From a virus (lineage: Duplodnaviria; Caudoviricetes), in IMG/VR virus record IMGVR_UViG_3300036791_000126, positions 1 to 59,240 of that record: a stretch of DNA of 59,240 bases, one strand, 5' to 3'. The first letter of the stretch is position 1. Every line of letters starts with the position of its first letter. A program made the translations under genes and the position numbers. Shown here piece after piece: positions 38,941 through 46,752 of this stretch. The notes under the pieces were generated by a model, which made no database searches, was not told the DNA's origin, and was given only the letters and a program-made list of their open reading frames with translations.

Positions 38941-38969
38941 ATACTAGCACATGCAGGGGCATTTGTCAA
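38941..38969 (-). promoter_or_regulatory. sigma70/HrdB-type promoter
   Basis: TTGACA-17 nt-TAGTAT with extended -10 TG. Confidence 0.8.
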
Positions 38970-39160
38970 GCCCTTGATTCAAGTGGTCTGTGCGGCTCAA
39001 GTGAACCGTGGGTAATGCTCGGGACAACCCAGCTCCACTTTTCGCGGCCCTCACTTGAAACAACCAGCACAGGACTAAACCCGAGGTCGATCAGGTTGAA
39101 GATATAATCCTCACCCCAAGTTGCAACCTCACGATCAATGAACTGTTCAAGTGTCATCAT
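38966..39160 (-). CDS. hypothetical protein
   Basis: AGGAGG RBS; 64 aa. Confidence 0.6.
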   Translation of the reverse strand: MMTLEQFIDREVATWGEDYIFNLIDLGFSPVLVVSSEGREKWSWVVPSITHGSLEPHRPLESRA

Positions 39161-39285
39161 AACCTCCTAAGCTCTAGGCTTAGTCAGACTAGTGAGGACA
39201 CCCCCTAAGGTACTCACTAGCCTGACTAAGCCTCGTCTGATTTTCACAGACGAGGCTTAGTGTGGCTACCGTTAGCTAGGTGTGG

Positions 39286-39684
39286 CTAGCTAACCGCCGA
39301 CTCGACAGCCTGAGGAGCATTAGCCTCAGAACCATTTGCCGAATTCTCAAGCGGCTGTAGACCCTCGGTGACCATCTTGTTGATGAGATAGACCTCATCC
39401 TCATCAACGATCACATCGATATGCTCCGAACCATTCGGCGCACCCTTACGATCCTTAGCATTCTCGAAACCCTGCTTGAGAGTCGTAGCGGTCTTACCCT
39501 TGGTGGACTTACCCTCTGCATCATCTGGGGAATCTGCATTCCACGCAAACTCAGCGTTCCACTGTTCACGAACAGAGATACCAGCATCTCCACTCGTCAT
39601 AAACTCGACAAGCTTCTCGTCGTAACCACCCTTCGTCCGACGCTTTGCATAAATCGAACGAATCTTATCAGGATCAAGCGGCAT
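39286..39684 (-). CDS. hypothetical protein, MPL-tag family, paralogue of 47074..47496
   Basis: AAGGAG RBS; aligns with 47074..47496 along its length. Confidence 0.75.
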   Translation of the reverse strand: MPLDPDKIRSIYAKRRTKGGYDEKLVEFMTSGDAGISVREQWNAEFAWNADSPDDAEGKSTKGKTATTLKQGFENAKDRKGAPNGSEHIDVIVDEDEVYLINKMVTEGLQPLENSANGSEANAPQAVESAVS

Positions 39685-39710
39685 TTGTGAATCTCCTTTT
39701 GTTTTGTGAT

Positions 39711-40241
39711 TTACTCTACTGCCTCGGATTGCTCAGTCAACTCGACTTTGCTCTCTCCATCCGGGGCATTCTCTTGTGTTCTACTACCCATTTGATCGTC
39801 GTGTATGTCTCGTGTAAACTTCTCTAGCCGATACAACCGGCTCTCGTGCTCTCTGAGTGCCTCCGAGAGATTCGGCGGGAGACTTTGCCGCCATCCCTCT
39901 AGCGTCTCTAGGCGTCTCTCAAGCTCTTGAATCAGTGTAGCATGGCGCCGCGCGTTTGTCAAGCCCTCATCGGCGAAAGCTTCCGAGGTCGGAGCGGCCC
40001 GGAGCAGGACGATTGACGGCTGATGGGCGGTACCCCTTTGTAAAATCTCGATTGACTCGGATCGGACAAGTAATCGCTTTACTCGACTGTACAAGCTTAA
40101 TGAGATACCGAGATGATTAAACACTTCAAGCACGCTTCCCACGAATACCGTGTTACCCTCGTCATCCGTGGTAGACCGCTCTTTCATCTCGTTATAGAAA
40201 GCCATTGTGTGACCCTCTAACTGGCTGTTTCTCTTACCCAA
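39711..40241 (-). CDS. hypothetical protein (possible winged helix plus coiled coil)
   Basis: LGISLSLYSRVKRLL...IEILQRG followed by heptad repeats. Confidence 0.6.
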   Translation of the reverse strand: MGKRNSQLEGHTMAFYNEMKERSTTDDEGNTVFVGSVLEVFNHLGISLSLYSRVKRLLVRSESIEILQRGTAHQPSIVLLRAAPTSEAFADEGLTNARRHATLIQELERRLETLEGWRQSLPPNLSEALREHESRLYRLEKFTRDIHDDQMGSRTQENAPDGESKVELTEQSEAVE

Positions 40242-40250
40242 AATGCAACC

Positions 40251-40574
40251 TTAGGGATTAATCGACAACTGGTTAGAGTTGCTCAACAACCAACCGCCAA
40301 TGAAACAATGACGACAAAGCTTACTCCCGTTTATCTCGACAACGATCTGACCGTACTGTTTGTCACCGGGACAACTAGGATTGTCACAATACACCATTTC
40401 ATTGGTGTCGTGATCGATCATCAGATGATTCAAAGTAAACCAAGCTTGGTAACTTCTATCATTGGGATCGATCTTCTTACCCGATGCAGTTCTCGGGCCA
40501 CCACCTCTACTCGTCCGTGCCTTTTGTTCCTTCTTAGCATAGATTTCCTTGATCTTATCAGGATCAAGTGGCAC
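40251..40574 (-). CDS. hypothetical Zn-finger protein with MPL N-terminal tag
   Basis: MPLDPDKIKEIYAK; CDNPSC...LCRHC. Confidence 0.7.
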   Translation of the reverse strand: MPLDPDKIKEIYAKKEQKARTSRGGGPRTASGKKIDPNDRSYQAWFTLNHLMIDHDTNEMVYCDNPSCPGDKQYGQIVVEINGSKLCRHCFIGGWLLSNSNQLSINP

Positions 40575-40576
40575 GA

Positions 40577-40963
40577 TTAATCACCCCATACACTAGGGGA
40601 CGGTACCGGATTAACTGGTTGTGCAGGCTCAGGCTCAACTGGTTGTACAGGTACAATCGGAACAACTTGAGCAGGAACAGTTGTAAGCGCTGCACCAGGC
40701 AAATCCATGTTAACAGCCATCCGCTGTGCAACTGGTTGTTCAGTCGGAGCAGTTGGCGCGTCAACTGCACGCGGAGGAACTACTTTGTACGACTCGGCTA
40801 CAGCAGCCTCGATAAGCTCAATAGCCTTTTCGAGTGCTTCACCCACGATAGCCATTGAAGGCAACTCACGACCATCGATTGTGAGTCCCAGCTCACACTG
40901 GACTTTCGTATACTTGTTGCGAGTCTCCATATCGAAGCTCTCGCGCAATGTGATCTTAGGCAC
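40577..40963 (-). CDS. hypothetical protein
   Basis: 128 aa, Pro/Val-rich C-terminus; AGGGAG RBS. Confidence 0.65.
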   Translation of the reverse strand: MPKITLRESFDMETRNKYTKVQCELGLTIDGRELPSMAIVGEALEKAIELIEAAVAESYKVVPPRAVDAPTAPTEQPVAQRMAVNMDLPGAALTTVPAQVVPIVPVQPVEPEPAQPVNPVPSPSVWGD

Positions 40964-41127
40964 TATGACCAGTGCTCCCTTCTGATTATTCTTGAAATCT
41001 GCATCTGAGATACATCAAACTCACGAGCCAGCTCACGTTGAGTTATTTTTTCATTCAAGTAACGCAACCTGATCTCATCAACTTGCTCTTTTGTTAGTTT
41101 GTTAGTTCCGGCTTTCCAGCTAAACAT
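40963..41127 (-). CDS. small HTH DNA-binding protein
   Basis: KLTKEQVDEIR...TQRELAREFDVSQMQISRII (HTH of the type found C-terminal to HNH endonucleases). Confidence 0.65.
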   Translation of the reverse strand: MFSWKAGTNKLTKEQVDEIRLRYLNEKITQRELAREFDVSQMQISRIIRREHWS

Positions 41128-41365
41128 CTTCACTTGTGTTTTCATCCTCAATTGGGGCCTCAAATGGATTATCTGTGTGAGTCCACGTAAGGATTGAAAC
41201 CATTTTGTTCTCAGGCATCCATCTGACTTGAGCATGAATGCCATTGTTCTCGATGTCGATAGTTTGCTCGGGATACACAGTTACGGTATCGTGCGCTCTA
41301 ATCACCGAATCCCAGAACGTATCGACATGGCGCTTGCCACCACCAGTGCTCACGATGTGACCCAA
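41120..41365 (-). CDS. hypothetical protein
   Basis: 81 aa in a tightly packed operon. Confidence 0.5.
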   Translation of the reverse strand: MGHIVSTGGGKRHVDTFWDSVIRAHDTVTVYPEQTIDIENNGIHAQVRWMPENKMVSILTWTHTDNPFEAPIEDENTSEDV

Positions 41366-41841
41366 TCATTAGCAAGGACTTTGTCGATTACGAACCAACC
41401 GGCGGGAGCGAATCCCTTTTCAGGACTCACCCAAACTTCACCACGCTTGGCACCCGTCTTATAATCCAGCTTAAACTTCTTGCCATTTCTGAGAGTCATC
41501 TCAGTTTTCCTGGCTTTGATAGTTCTCTGCCAGATCATTCGATTGAGTGGATTCAACCACTCGCCTCTATTCACAGGCGATCCCATTGGCCTCCTTAGAA
41601 AGATGAGGATTTCCTGTGCATCCTCGACACTTACAGGATCATCCCATTCATCACACATGTTATTTTGCAACTCTTCTGAGGTGGGCAGTCGCTTGTGACG
41701 ATTCCACCACAAAATGATTGCCATGCTCCAAACATGCTCGTCGTGCTTCTCTTGGGGAATCTTGTTCAGCGAGAACCCATTCTTCACAAGCTCGCTTTCG
41801 ATGGCTTGGATCTGTGACTTTGTTTGCTCAACTTCAGCCAT
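41350..41841 (-). CDS. hypothetical protein
   Basis: GGGAG RBS before ATG 41841. Confidence 0.65.
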   Translation of the reverse strand: MAEVEQTKSQIQAIESELVKNGFSLNKIPQEKHDEHVWSMAIILWWNRHKRLPTSEELQNNMCDEWDDPVSVEDAQEILIFLRRPMGSPVNRGEWLNPLNRMIWQRTIKARKTEMTLRNGKKFKLDYKTGAKRGEVWVSPEKGFAPAGWFVIDKVLANDWVTS

Positions 41842-42172
41842 CGTGCTCCCAGGTTTCATCCGGTATGTTTGTGTCTACACCGTTTTTCTTGTAATCTTCC
41901 CACACTTCGCCAAGAGGAAACTCCTCAATGTTAGGCGAGCAGTTATTCATGAACAGCACAGGATCAAAGTCCTCGTTGTCTGCCAGAAATCTTGTAGCGA
42001 GACTCAGCTCAAGACCAATGAGTGTGCTTCGTGAAGTCATTACATGATTCCACATCTCTTCATCTTCATCACGATCAGGCGTGTAAGTCGGAAACGCCTC
42101 GCGAAGTTGCTTAGCGAGAATCATCCAATGTCCACGATGAAACACCTTCTTGTTGATATCAGTTTCTCTCAT
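41834..42172 (-). CDS. hypothetical protein
   Basis: 112 aa; LATRFLADNEDFDPVLF resembles a small phage protein family; overlaps neighbours. Confidence 0.65.
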   Translation of the reverse strand: MRETDINKKVFHRGHWMILAKQLREAFPTYTPDRDEDEEMWNHVMTSRSTLIGLELSLATRFLADNEDFDPVLFMNNCSPNIEEFPLGEVWEDYKKNGVDTNIPDETWEHDG

Positions 42173-42636
42173 GATTCACCTACTTTCCCTTTCGGTCTAA
42201 CGCCAAGCTCATCAGCGCAATGCTTGCATAGTGAGCCAAACTCACCACTGAAATGAGCCTCCCGTTTATGACAGTTGGTACAGAGAGTGGGCCTTCTTGG
42301 TAGAGGTTTAGGAGCCGTAAGACGTTGACTCTCTTTGACAATCTGCTTACCAAGCTTGTTTATCATTCGGACTAGTTCGTCCAAATCACCAGTCTCTTGC
42401 TGCAATAGATTGATATAATCAGAGAAGTCTTTGTCTATCGGACTTCCAGCCTGAGCAGACAATCTCTTTATCTTGAACAACTGAGCCACGATTAGTTTCT
42501 TAGAAACGTTGTTATCCTCGAAATGCTCAGTTACCCATTGTGCTATTCCCATTGCTTCGGCTAGACATGCTTGTCGTCTCTGAACTTGAGCTAACCTACG
42601 AGACAAATGTTGGCGATCTTTCTTGGACAGAGCCAT
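42169..42636 (-). CDS. hypothetical protein with C-terminal Zn finger
   Basis: CTNC...LCKHC. Confidence 0.65.
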   Translation of the reverse strand: MALSKKDRQHLSRRLAQVQRRQACLAEAMGIAQWVTEHFEDNNVSKKLIVAQLFKIKRLSAQAGSPIDKDFSDYINLLQQETGDLDELVRMINKLGKQIVKESQRLTAPKPLPRRPTLCTNCHKREAHFSGEFGSLCKHCADELGVRPKGKVGES

Positions 42637-42747
42637 TTAGTAACCTCTGTGATCTTCGCCCCAACGTTTCCTGATCTGACGTTTACCCCACAACAGAATC
42701 AGGAACACCCAAAAGAAAACGAGGAAAATAGCTAGTACTTCACCCAT
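42637..42747 (-). CDS. small single-TM peptide (36 aa, absent from the ORF track)
   Basis: MGEVLAIFLVFFWVFLILLWGKRQIRKRWGEDHRGY fills the gap between neighbours. Confidence 0.5.
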   Translation of the reverse strand: MGEVLAIFLVFFWVFLILLWGKRQIRKRWGEDHRGY

Positions 42748-42907
42748 TGTCGTCACCAGTGACAACCAATGTTTGGGTCGTGTCGAAGCCGAAAGCTGAG
42801 AGATTTACGATTTTTGTGAAAGTATCAGCGAGAGCCTCGAAGTAAACATTCACATCTTCTTCATTCTCGGTGTCTTTCACTTTAATCGTGAACACCATAT
42901 ATTGCAT
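42740..42907 (-). CDS. hypothetical protein
   Basis: AACGGGAG RBS before ATG 42907. Confidence 0.6.
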   Translation of the reverse strand: MQYMVFTIKVKDTENEEDVNVYFEALADTFTKIVNLSAFGFDTTQTLVVTGDDNG

Positions 42908-43072
42908 GTTTCTCCCGTTGGTCTGGCTGTGCGGCCGTTGGTTTGATCGGTACGGGGTTGCCAAAAGTCAACGCGTGGGCAACTTGACGAAAGGCAGCAC
43001 AGGAGCAGCCTGAGTAGTGGTTTGTGGGTTACGTGATTCAGCGGGGCTGTACTTCTCCCGGTCACTTGGCAC

Positions 43073-43101
43073 AGTGTAGCACAGATCCCGCGTTATGTCA
43101 A
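43073..43101 (-). promoter_or_regulatory. sigma70/HrdB-type promoter
   Basis: TTGACA-17 nt-TACACT with extended -10 TG. Confidence 0.8.
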
Positions 43102-43114
43102 GAGTGCTATGTGA

Positions 43115-43321
43115 TTAGTATATCAGGCTGAGTAAGCCTTCACACGCAGGACACTTGGCAACTGCGAGGATTGTGGACTTTGTATCAGCGTGGGCATTCT
43201 CCGCTTGCTCGAAAGCGTGGTCAACGTCGTCTGCCTGGTAAAACTCGATATAACAGGTTTGACCCGTGACTACCACGTCAAGCAGAGCTTCATCCTGAAT
43301 CGCGACAGCATAGGTGTCCAT
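43115..43321 (-). CDS. hypothetical protein
   Basis: FYQADDVDHAFEQAENA motif; start inferred. Confidence 0.5.
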   Translation of the reverse strand: MDTYAVAIQDEALLDVVVTGQTCYIEFYQADDVDHAFEQAENAHADTKSTILAVAKCPACEGLLSLIY

Positions 43322-43343
43322 GATTATTAGTTGCCTTTTGACA

Positions 43344-43688
43344 TCATCGGTTCCATTCACCCACGACAGTTTTGAGGCTGAACCAGATGATCGGTAGACC
43401 ACGGAATACCGGCCTATCCACCCAATCCAGCAAAATACCGTGATCCATCCATTGCGTCACAAACTTGCGCTCGTTACCGTTTTTATCTACCTTCATACGC
43501 GCAATCATGATGCAATCGAAGTTAGCGGAATACTCTCGGCGTGGCATTGTCCAGCCATCAATGAAAACGGCTTTGTTAGTGCAAACCTCGAAGCTTGCAA
43601 CTTCTTTACAGTGACGCAGCAGCCATCTGAGGTTAGCCACCTCTTTATGCTTAGCGTCGCTGTTACTTGACTCAACTACGTAGCTCAT
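43344..43688 (-). CDS. hypothetical protein
   Basis: 114 aa ORF in the early region. Confidence 0.6.
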   Translation of the reverse strand: MSYVVESSNSDAKHKEVANLRWLLRHCKEVASFEVCTNKAVFIDGWTMPRREYSANFDCIMIARMKVDKNGNERKFVTQWMDHGILLDWVDRPVFRGLPIIWFSLKTVVGEWNR

Positions 43689-43719
43689 GTTTCCGATTCA
43701 CTTTCTTCCGCAGTTGTTG

Positions 43720-43971
43720 TTAGATTCCCAAATCCTTAACTACACTCTTCAAAGCGGTATCCAAATGCGTGTCGTTCATGTATGGGTAGAGTGTTTCGCA
43801 CACCCACTTATTGAGTCCTGCTCGATACATGAGATCCCATCGAAATCTCTTATCAAGATCCTTTACTCTGGGATCGCTAAGGAGAGCCTTTTTGTGTTGT
43901 GAGACTTCATCGCTCGGTAGCATTGAAATCTCATTACGCAAAATCTTGTAGTGTTCTTGCGTGATCTTCAT
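43720..43971 (-). CDS. hypothetical protein
   Basis: 83 aa; RFRWDL...LYPYMNDTHLDTALK. Confidence 0.65.
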   Translation of the reverse strand: MKITQEHYKILRNEISMLPSDEVSQHKKALLSDPRVKDLDKRFRWDLMYRAGLNKWVCETLYPYMNDTHLDTALKSVVKDLGI

Positions 43972-43977
43972 TTTGTG

Positions 43978-44688
43978 TTAGTTGTCCTCCTTTACGAATC
44001 CCAATCTTCTGAGCAGGCTTTCCTGATCGGGTGTGGGGCCTAGGCGGGCAGCACAGATTGGGCCGATACCACGTAGAATGGAGTGACGATCGGTTAGTGT
44101 ACGGTTACATACACCACACCTACCGAGCTTTAGACCATAGTTATTCATGGCCTGGATAGGATCTTCCATAATCTTAGCGAAGATTTTCTCACGTCGGTTG
44201 GCATCTTTGATTGGGTAGAAGTAATCCGATGCTTGCACCTTGAGAAATGCGTAACCCTCCCAACGTGTGCCTTCCTTACCGTGACTCACGTTAAAAAACT
44301 TCCCCCGCTTTAGTGGATCGGGTTCGGTAGGATCTTCAATGTAGAAGTATCCTTCACGACAGGGTGGGACATTGGGGGTTGTTGGTGTGGGTTGAGTGGG
44401 CAACTCACTTGTCTGTGTTGCACCCTGAGGCAAGCTTTGTGGGACAGTGGGTTGTGGCTTAGGCTTAGCAGGACAAGCGAGCAAAGCTTGGATGCAGTTG
44501 CTAGCTTGCTTGGTAGACATGCTATCCAGGATACTTGGCTTATCAGGATCATCAGGCTGTTCTTCATCGACTACCTTGAGAAAGTCTACTTGCTGAGCCG
44601 GTAGACCAGACCAATCCTTCTGATTCAGTAGACTTCTGATGAACTTCATCTGTGGCTCAGAAATCTGCCTAAACTGTGGTGTTGACAA
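43978..44688 (-). CDS. DUF6011-like Zn-ribbon protein
   Basis: GRCGVCNRTLTD..SILRGIGPICA; N-terminal SEPQMKFIRSLL...STKQASNCIQAL; AGGAGGTG RBS. Confidence 0.75.
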   Translation of the reverse strand: MSTPQFRQISEPQMKFIRSLLNQKDWSGLPAQQVDFLKVVDEEQPDDPDKPSILDSMSTKQASNCIQALLACPAKPKPQPTVPQSLPQGATQTSELPTQPTPTTPNVPPCREGYFYIEDPTEPDPLKRGKFFNVSHGKEGTRWEGYAFLKVQASDYFYPIKDANRREKIFAKIMEDPIQAMNNYGLKLGRCGVCNRTLTDRHSILRGIGPICAARLGPTPDQESLLRRLGFVKEDN

Positions 44689-44741
44689 GGATTTTCACCT
44701 CCTTAGTTTTTAGTTGTGATTAGTGTTACTATGAGTAGCGA

Positions 44742-44801
44742 TGAGCCAGCGTCGGACTCGAACCGACACACCTTGATATCAGGGGTAACCTTTCCGGCTC
44801 A
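44742..44801 (-). ncRNA. tRNA-like element 1 (acceptor-like stem plus T-arm, no proper D stem or anticodon loop)
   Basis: GAGCCGG-AAAGGUUAC-short hairpin-UGUCGG UUCGAGU CCGACG-CUGGCUC. Confidence 0.55.
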
Positions 44802-44831
44802 CTCCCGTTGGGAAGTGTTAGACTTGTGTTG

Positions 44832-45122
44832 TTACTTGATACAACGAACTGCGAGAGCGATGACTCTAGAATCTTTCATGATACGTGCCGGAGTTTTATC
44901 ACTCACGACTATAGCGATCACCTGAGTAACCGTATAACGCTTCTCCGCCTGATTGACGAAACAGTTACAATAACTTATGTTATTGCTGCTGTAATCATTG
45001 CCAATACAACCCTTGACGATGGCTGCACGAACGCCATTCGGATATGAATAAGCTGACGCACTTGCAGCCATGGTTGCGGCAATGACAACAGCAGCACTTG
45101 TGGCTGCAATAGAAAGCTTCAT
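44832..45122 (-). CDS. secreted Cys-containing protein
   Basis: Signal peptide ending ASA; GC...YCNC...C; AAGGAGGTG RBS. Confidence 0.7.
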   Translation of the reverse strand: MKLSIAATSAAVVIAATMAASASAYSYPNGVRAAIVKGCIGNDYSSNNISYCNCFVNQAEKRYTVTQVIAIVVSDKTPARIMKDSRVIALAVRCIK

Positions 45123-45157
45123 GTGGTTTGTTTGACACCTCCTTTCTTTGAAGGATA

Positions 45158-45199
45158 TAGTCCGCTAACGAGTCGAACGTTAGATATCCACTCGGACTA
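45158..45199 (-). ncRNA. tRNA-like element 2 (minimal acceptor plus T-arm)
   Basis: UAGUCCG-AGUGGAUAU-CUAACG UUCGACU CGUUAG-CGGACUA. Confidence 0.55.
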
Positions 45200-45204
45200 A
45201 CTTG

Positions 45205-45489
45205 TTACGCTACCTGAGCGGTCTGATCGGTTGTCGCGAGCTGCTTCATCAGATACGCTTCCTTAGGGAAACGCATCTTGGAAACCTCAAGCTTCATCGG
45301 ATCATACTGATACTTCTCACGTGCCCACTTGGACGTAGGCTTGCCAATGCGACAAGCCGCAATCACAATGAGCGGTGAACAGATCAGCCATCCGATAACA
45401 GCCATCGTTGTCCGACCTTTCTGGACAGCAATGACAGTACACCAGATTAGACCACCTAAGTAAGCGAGTAGAAAAATAACTGCACCCAC
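45205..45489 (-). CDS. membrane protein
   Basis: Two TM segments, KGR..MAVIG...A.RIGKP.S.WAR..Y; AACGGGAG RBS. Confidence 0.7.
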   Translation of the reverse strand: MGAVIFLLAYLGGLIWCTVIAVQKGRTTMAVIGWLICSPLIVIAACRIGKPTSKWAREKYQYDPMKLEVSKMRFPKEAYLMKQLATTDQTAQVA

Positions 45490-45524
45490 TTAAGTTTTCT
45501 CCCGTTGTTTGTTGTTGGTTTGTG

Positions 45525-45701
45525 TTACGTTACAGCAGCGGTAATCTCTTGTCTTAGCATATCAGCTTCATCGGTAGTTACGTCCATCGACATAGCCAAA
45601 TCTTCGGCCATATCACTGATAGACATATCCGTACAACTATCGAACTCCGTTACGTACTTGTGCATGAGACGGAGTAGTGCAACACACTCTTCGTCAGTCA
45701 T
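45525..45701 (-). CDS. small acidic hypothetical protein (58 aa, absent from the ORF track)
   Basis: MTDEECVALLRLMHKY...EITAAVT; AACGGGAG upstream. Confidence 0.55.
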   Translation of the reverse strand: MTDEECVALLRLMHKYVTEFDSCTDMSISDMAEDLAMSMDVTTDEADMLRQEITAAVT

Positions 45702-45731
45702 TTTAGTTGGACGCTCCCGTTGTTTGTGTGG

Positions 45732-45830
45732 TAGTTCAATAAGACAGTGACTTATTCGCTTAGGCGGGCCGCCTGGTTTAGGTGCGAACCTAGAGAGACA
45801 CTAGGACTTTGTCACTGTCTTATTCAACTA
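45732..45830 (-). ncRNA. structured intergenic RNA A (20-bp closing stem, multi-hairpin interior)
   Basis: TAGTTCAATAAGACAGTGAC / GTCACTGTCTTATTCAACTA inverted repeat; shares an internal motif with RNA B. Confidence 0.5.
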
Positions 45831-46021
45831 TTTGGTAAACAGTGGTTTGAGTGATTCGGTGTTAACTTTTGACAACTCCGAGCCTCTCGTTTGAAAGGCT
45901 GCACAGGAGCAGAGTGGAACGATTGGTGGAAACTTAGCTATCTGGCTGGCCGCTTCACTAAGTTTTACCCCTGTCCACTTCTCTCACCGTACCAGTAGAT
46001 AACAGGGAACCACCGTGTTAC

Positions 46022-46588
46022 TTAGTCGTTGGGAGCAGGTTCACCGAGGAAGCTTACCTTCCTACAATCCCAATCATAAACTTCACGAGTGGTTGCAGGG
46101 ACAGCAGGGACTTCCTCGACACCAACGACCTTCTTTTCGCACACGACGTTACGAGAAGCAACGTAACGCGCTTTGGGACTCCGATACCAAGCATACTCGC
46201 CGGGCTTACCGGGGGTGGGAGCAGGCTTACCATCCAAGTACACGGTGACAACAAACTCATCACCCTTGTAGTCTTTGGTTACACCATGACCCAGCTTGCG
46301 AGCATGACGGACGATGCAACGGAGAATATCCTCCGTGGCCTCGACATCAACCTTGTCGTAATCAGTCGTGAGGCTTCCGTCTTCATTGACCTTCTTCGCC
46401 TGGACGGTAACGTACTCCGTCTGAGTCGAAGGATCATACGGAAGCGAGACTTCACCGTTAGTTGCGCGGTACAAGCTTTCCGCCCAAACCATGCGGATGT
46501 TAGTCTCACGATTACGCTTGGCGATGTCGTTATGCCAATCGTCCAGCTTGGAATCGAGGTCAACCGAAGTTGTGACCTCAGTTTCCAT
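46022..46588 (-). CDS. hypothetical protein
   Basis: GAAAGGA RBS before ATG 46588; RNVVCEKKVVGVEEVPAVPA...WDC. Confidence 0.7.
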   Translation of the reverse strand: METEVTTSVDLDSKLDDWHNDIAKRNRETNIRMVWAESLYRATNGEVSLPYDPSTQTEYVTVQAKKVNEDGSLTTDYDKVDVEATEDILRCIVRHARKLGHGVTKDYKGDEFVVTVYLDGKPAPTPGKPGEYAWYRSPKARYVASRNVVCEKKVVGVEEVPAVPATTREVYDWDCRKVSFLGEPAPND

Positions 46589-46616
46589 TACTTGTGGTTC
46601 CTTTCTGTGGGTTGTA

Positions 46617-46728
46617 GGGTTAGTGAAGTGTAGTGAGGTTACTAGAGAGTCGCAGCTTGCCATTTAGGCAACCTAGCGCGTTCCGGCTAGGACTTCATCC
46701 CGTTCGGGTCACTACACTTCACTAGCCC
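46617..46728 (-). ncRNA. structured intergenic RNA B (20-bp closing stem, multi-hairpin interior)
   Basis: GGGTTAGTGAAGTGTAGTGA / TCACTACACTTCACTAGCCC inverted repeat. Confidence 0.5.
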
Positions 46729-46752
46729 TACTTACCGCGTAGGGGCTAGTTG

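Noticed and set aside
22759-42267. Internal CTCCCGTT copies at about 22759, 40324 and 42259
   Set aside because: Inside coding sequence with no appropriately spaced start; treated as chance.
42990-43008. HDV-like (theta) ribozyme at CTGCTCCTGTGC motifs
   Set aside because: The loop resembles L3, but I could not build P1, P1.1 and P2, and the motif also occurs antisense within genes.
44742-44801. Canonical tRNA gene
   Set aside because: It has a T-arm and acceptor-like stem but no D stem, no 7-nt anticodon loop and no CCA; kept only as a tRNA-like element.
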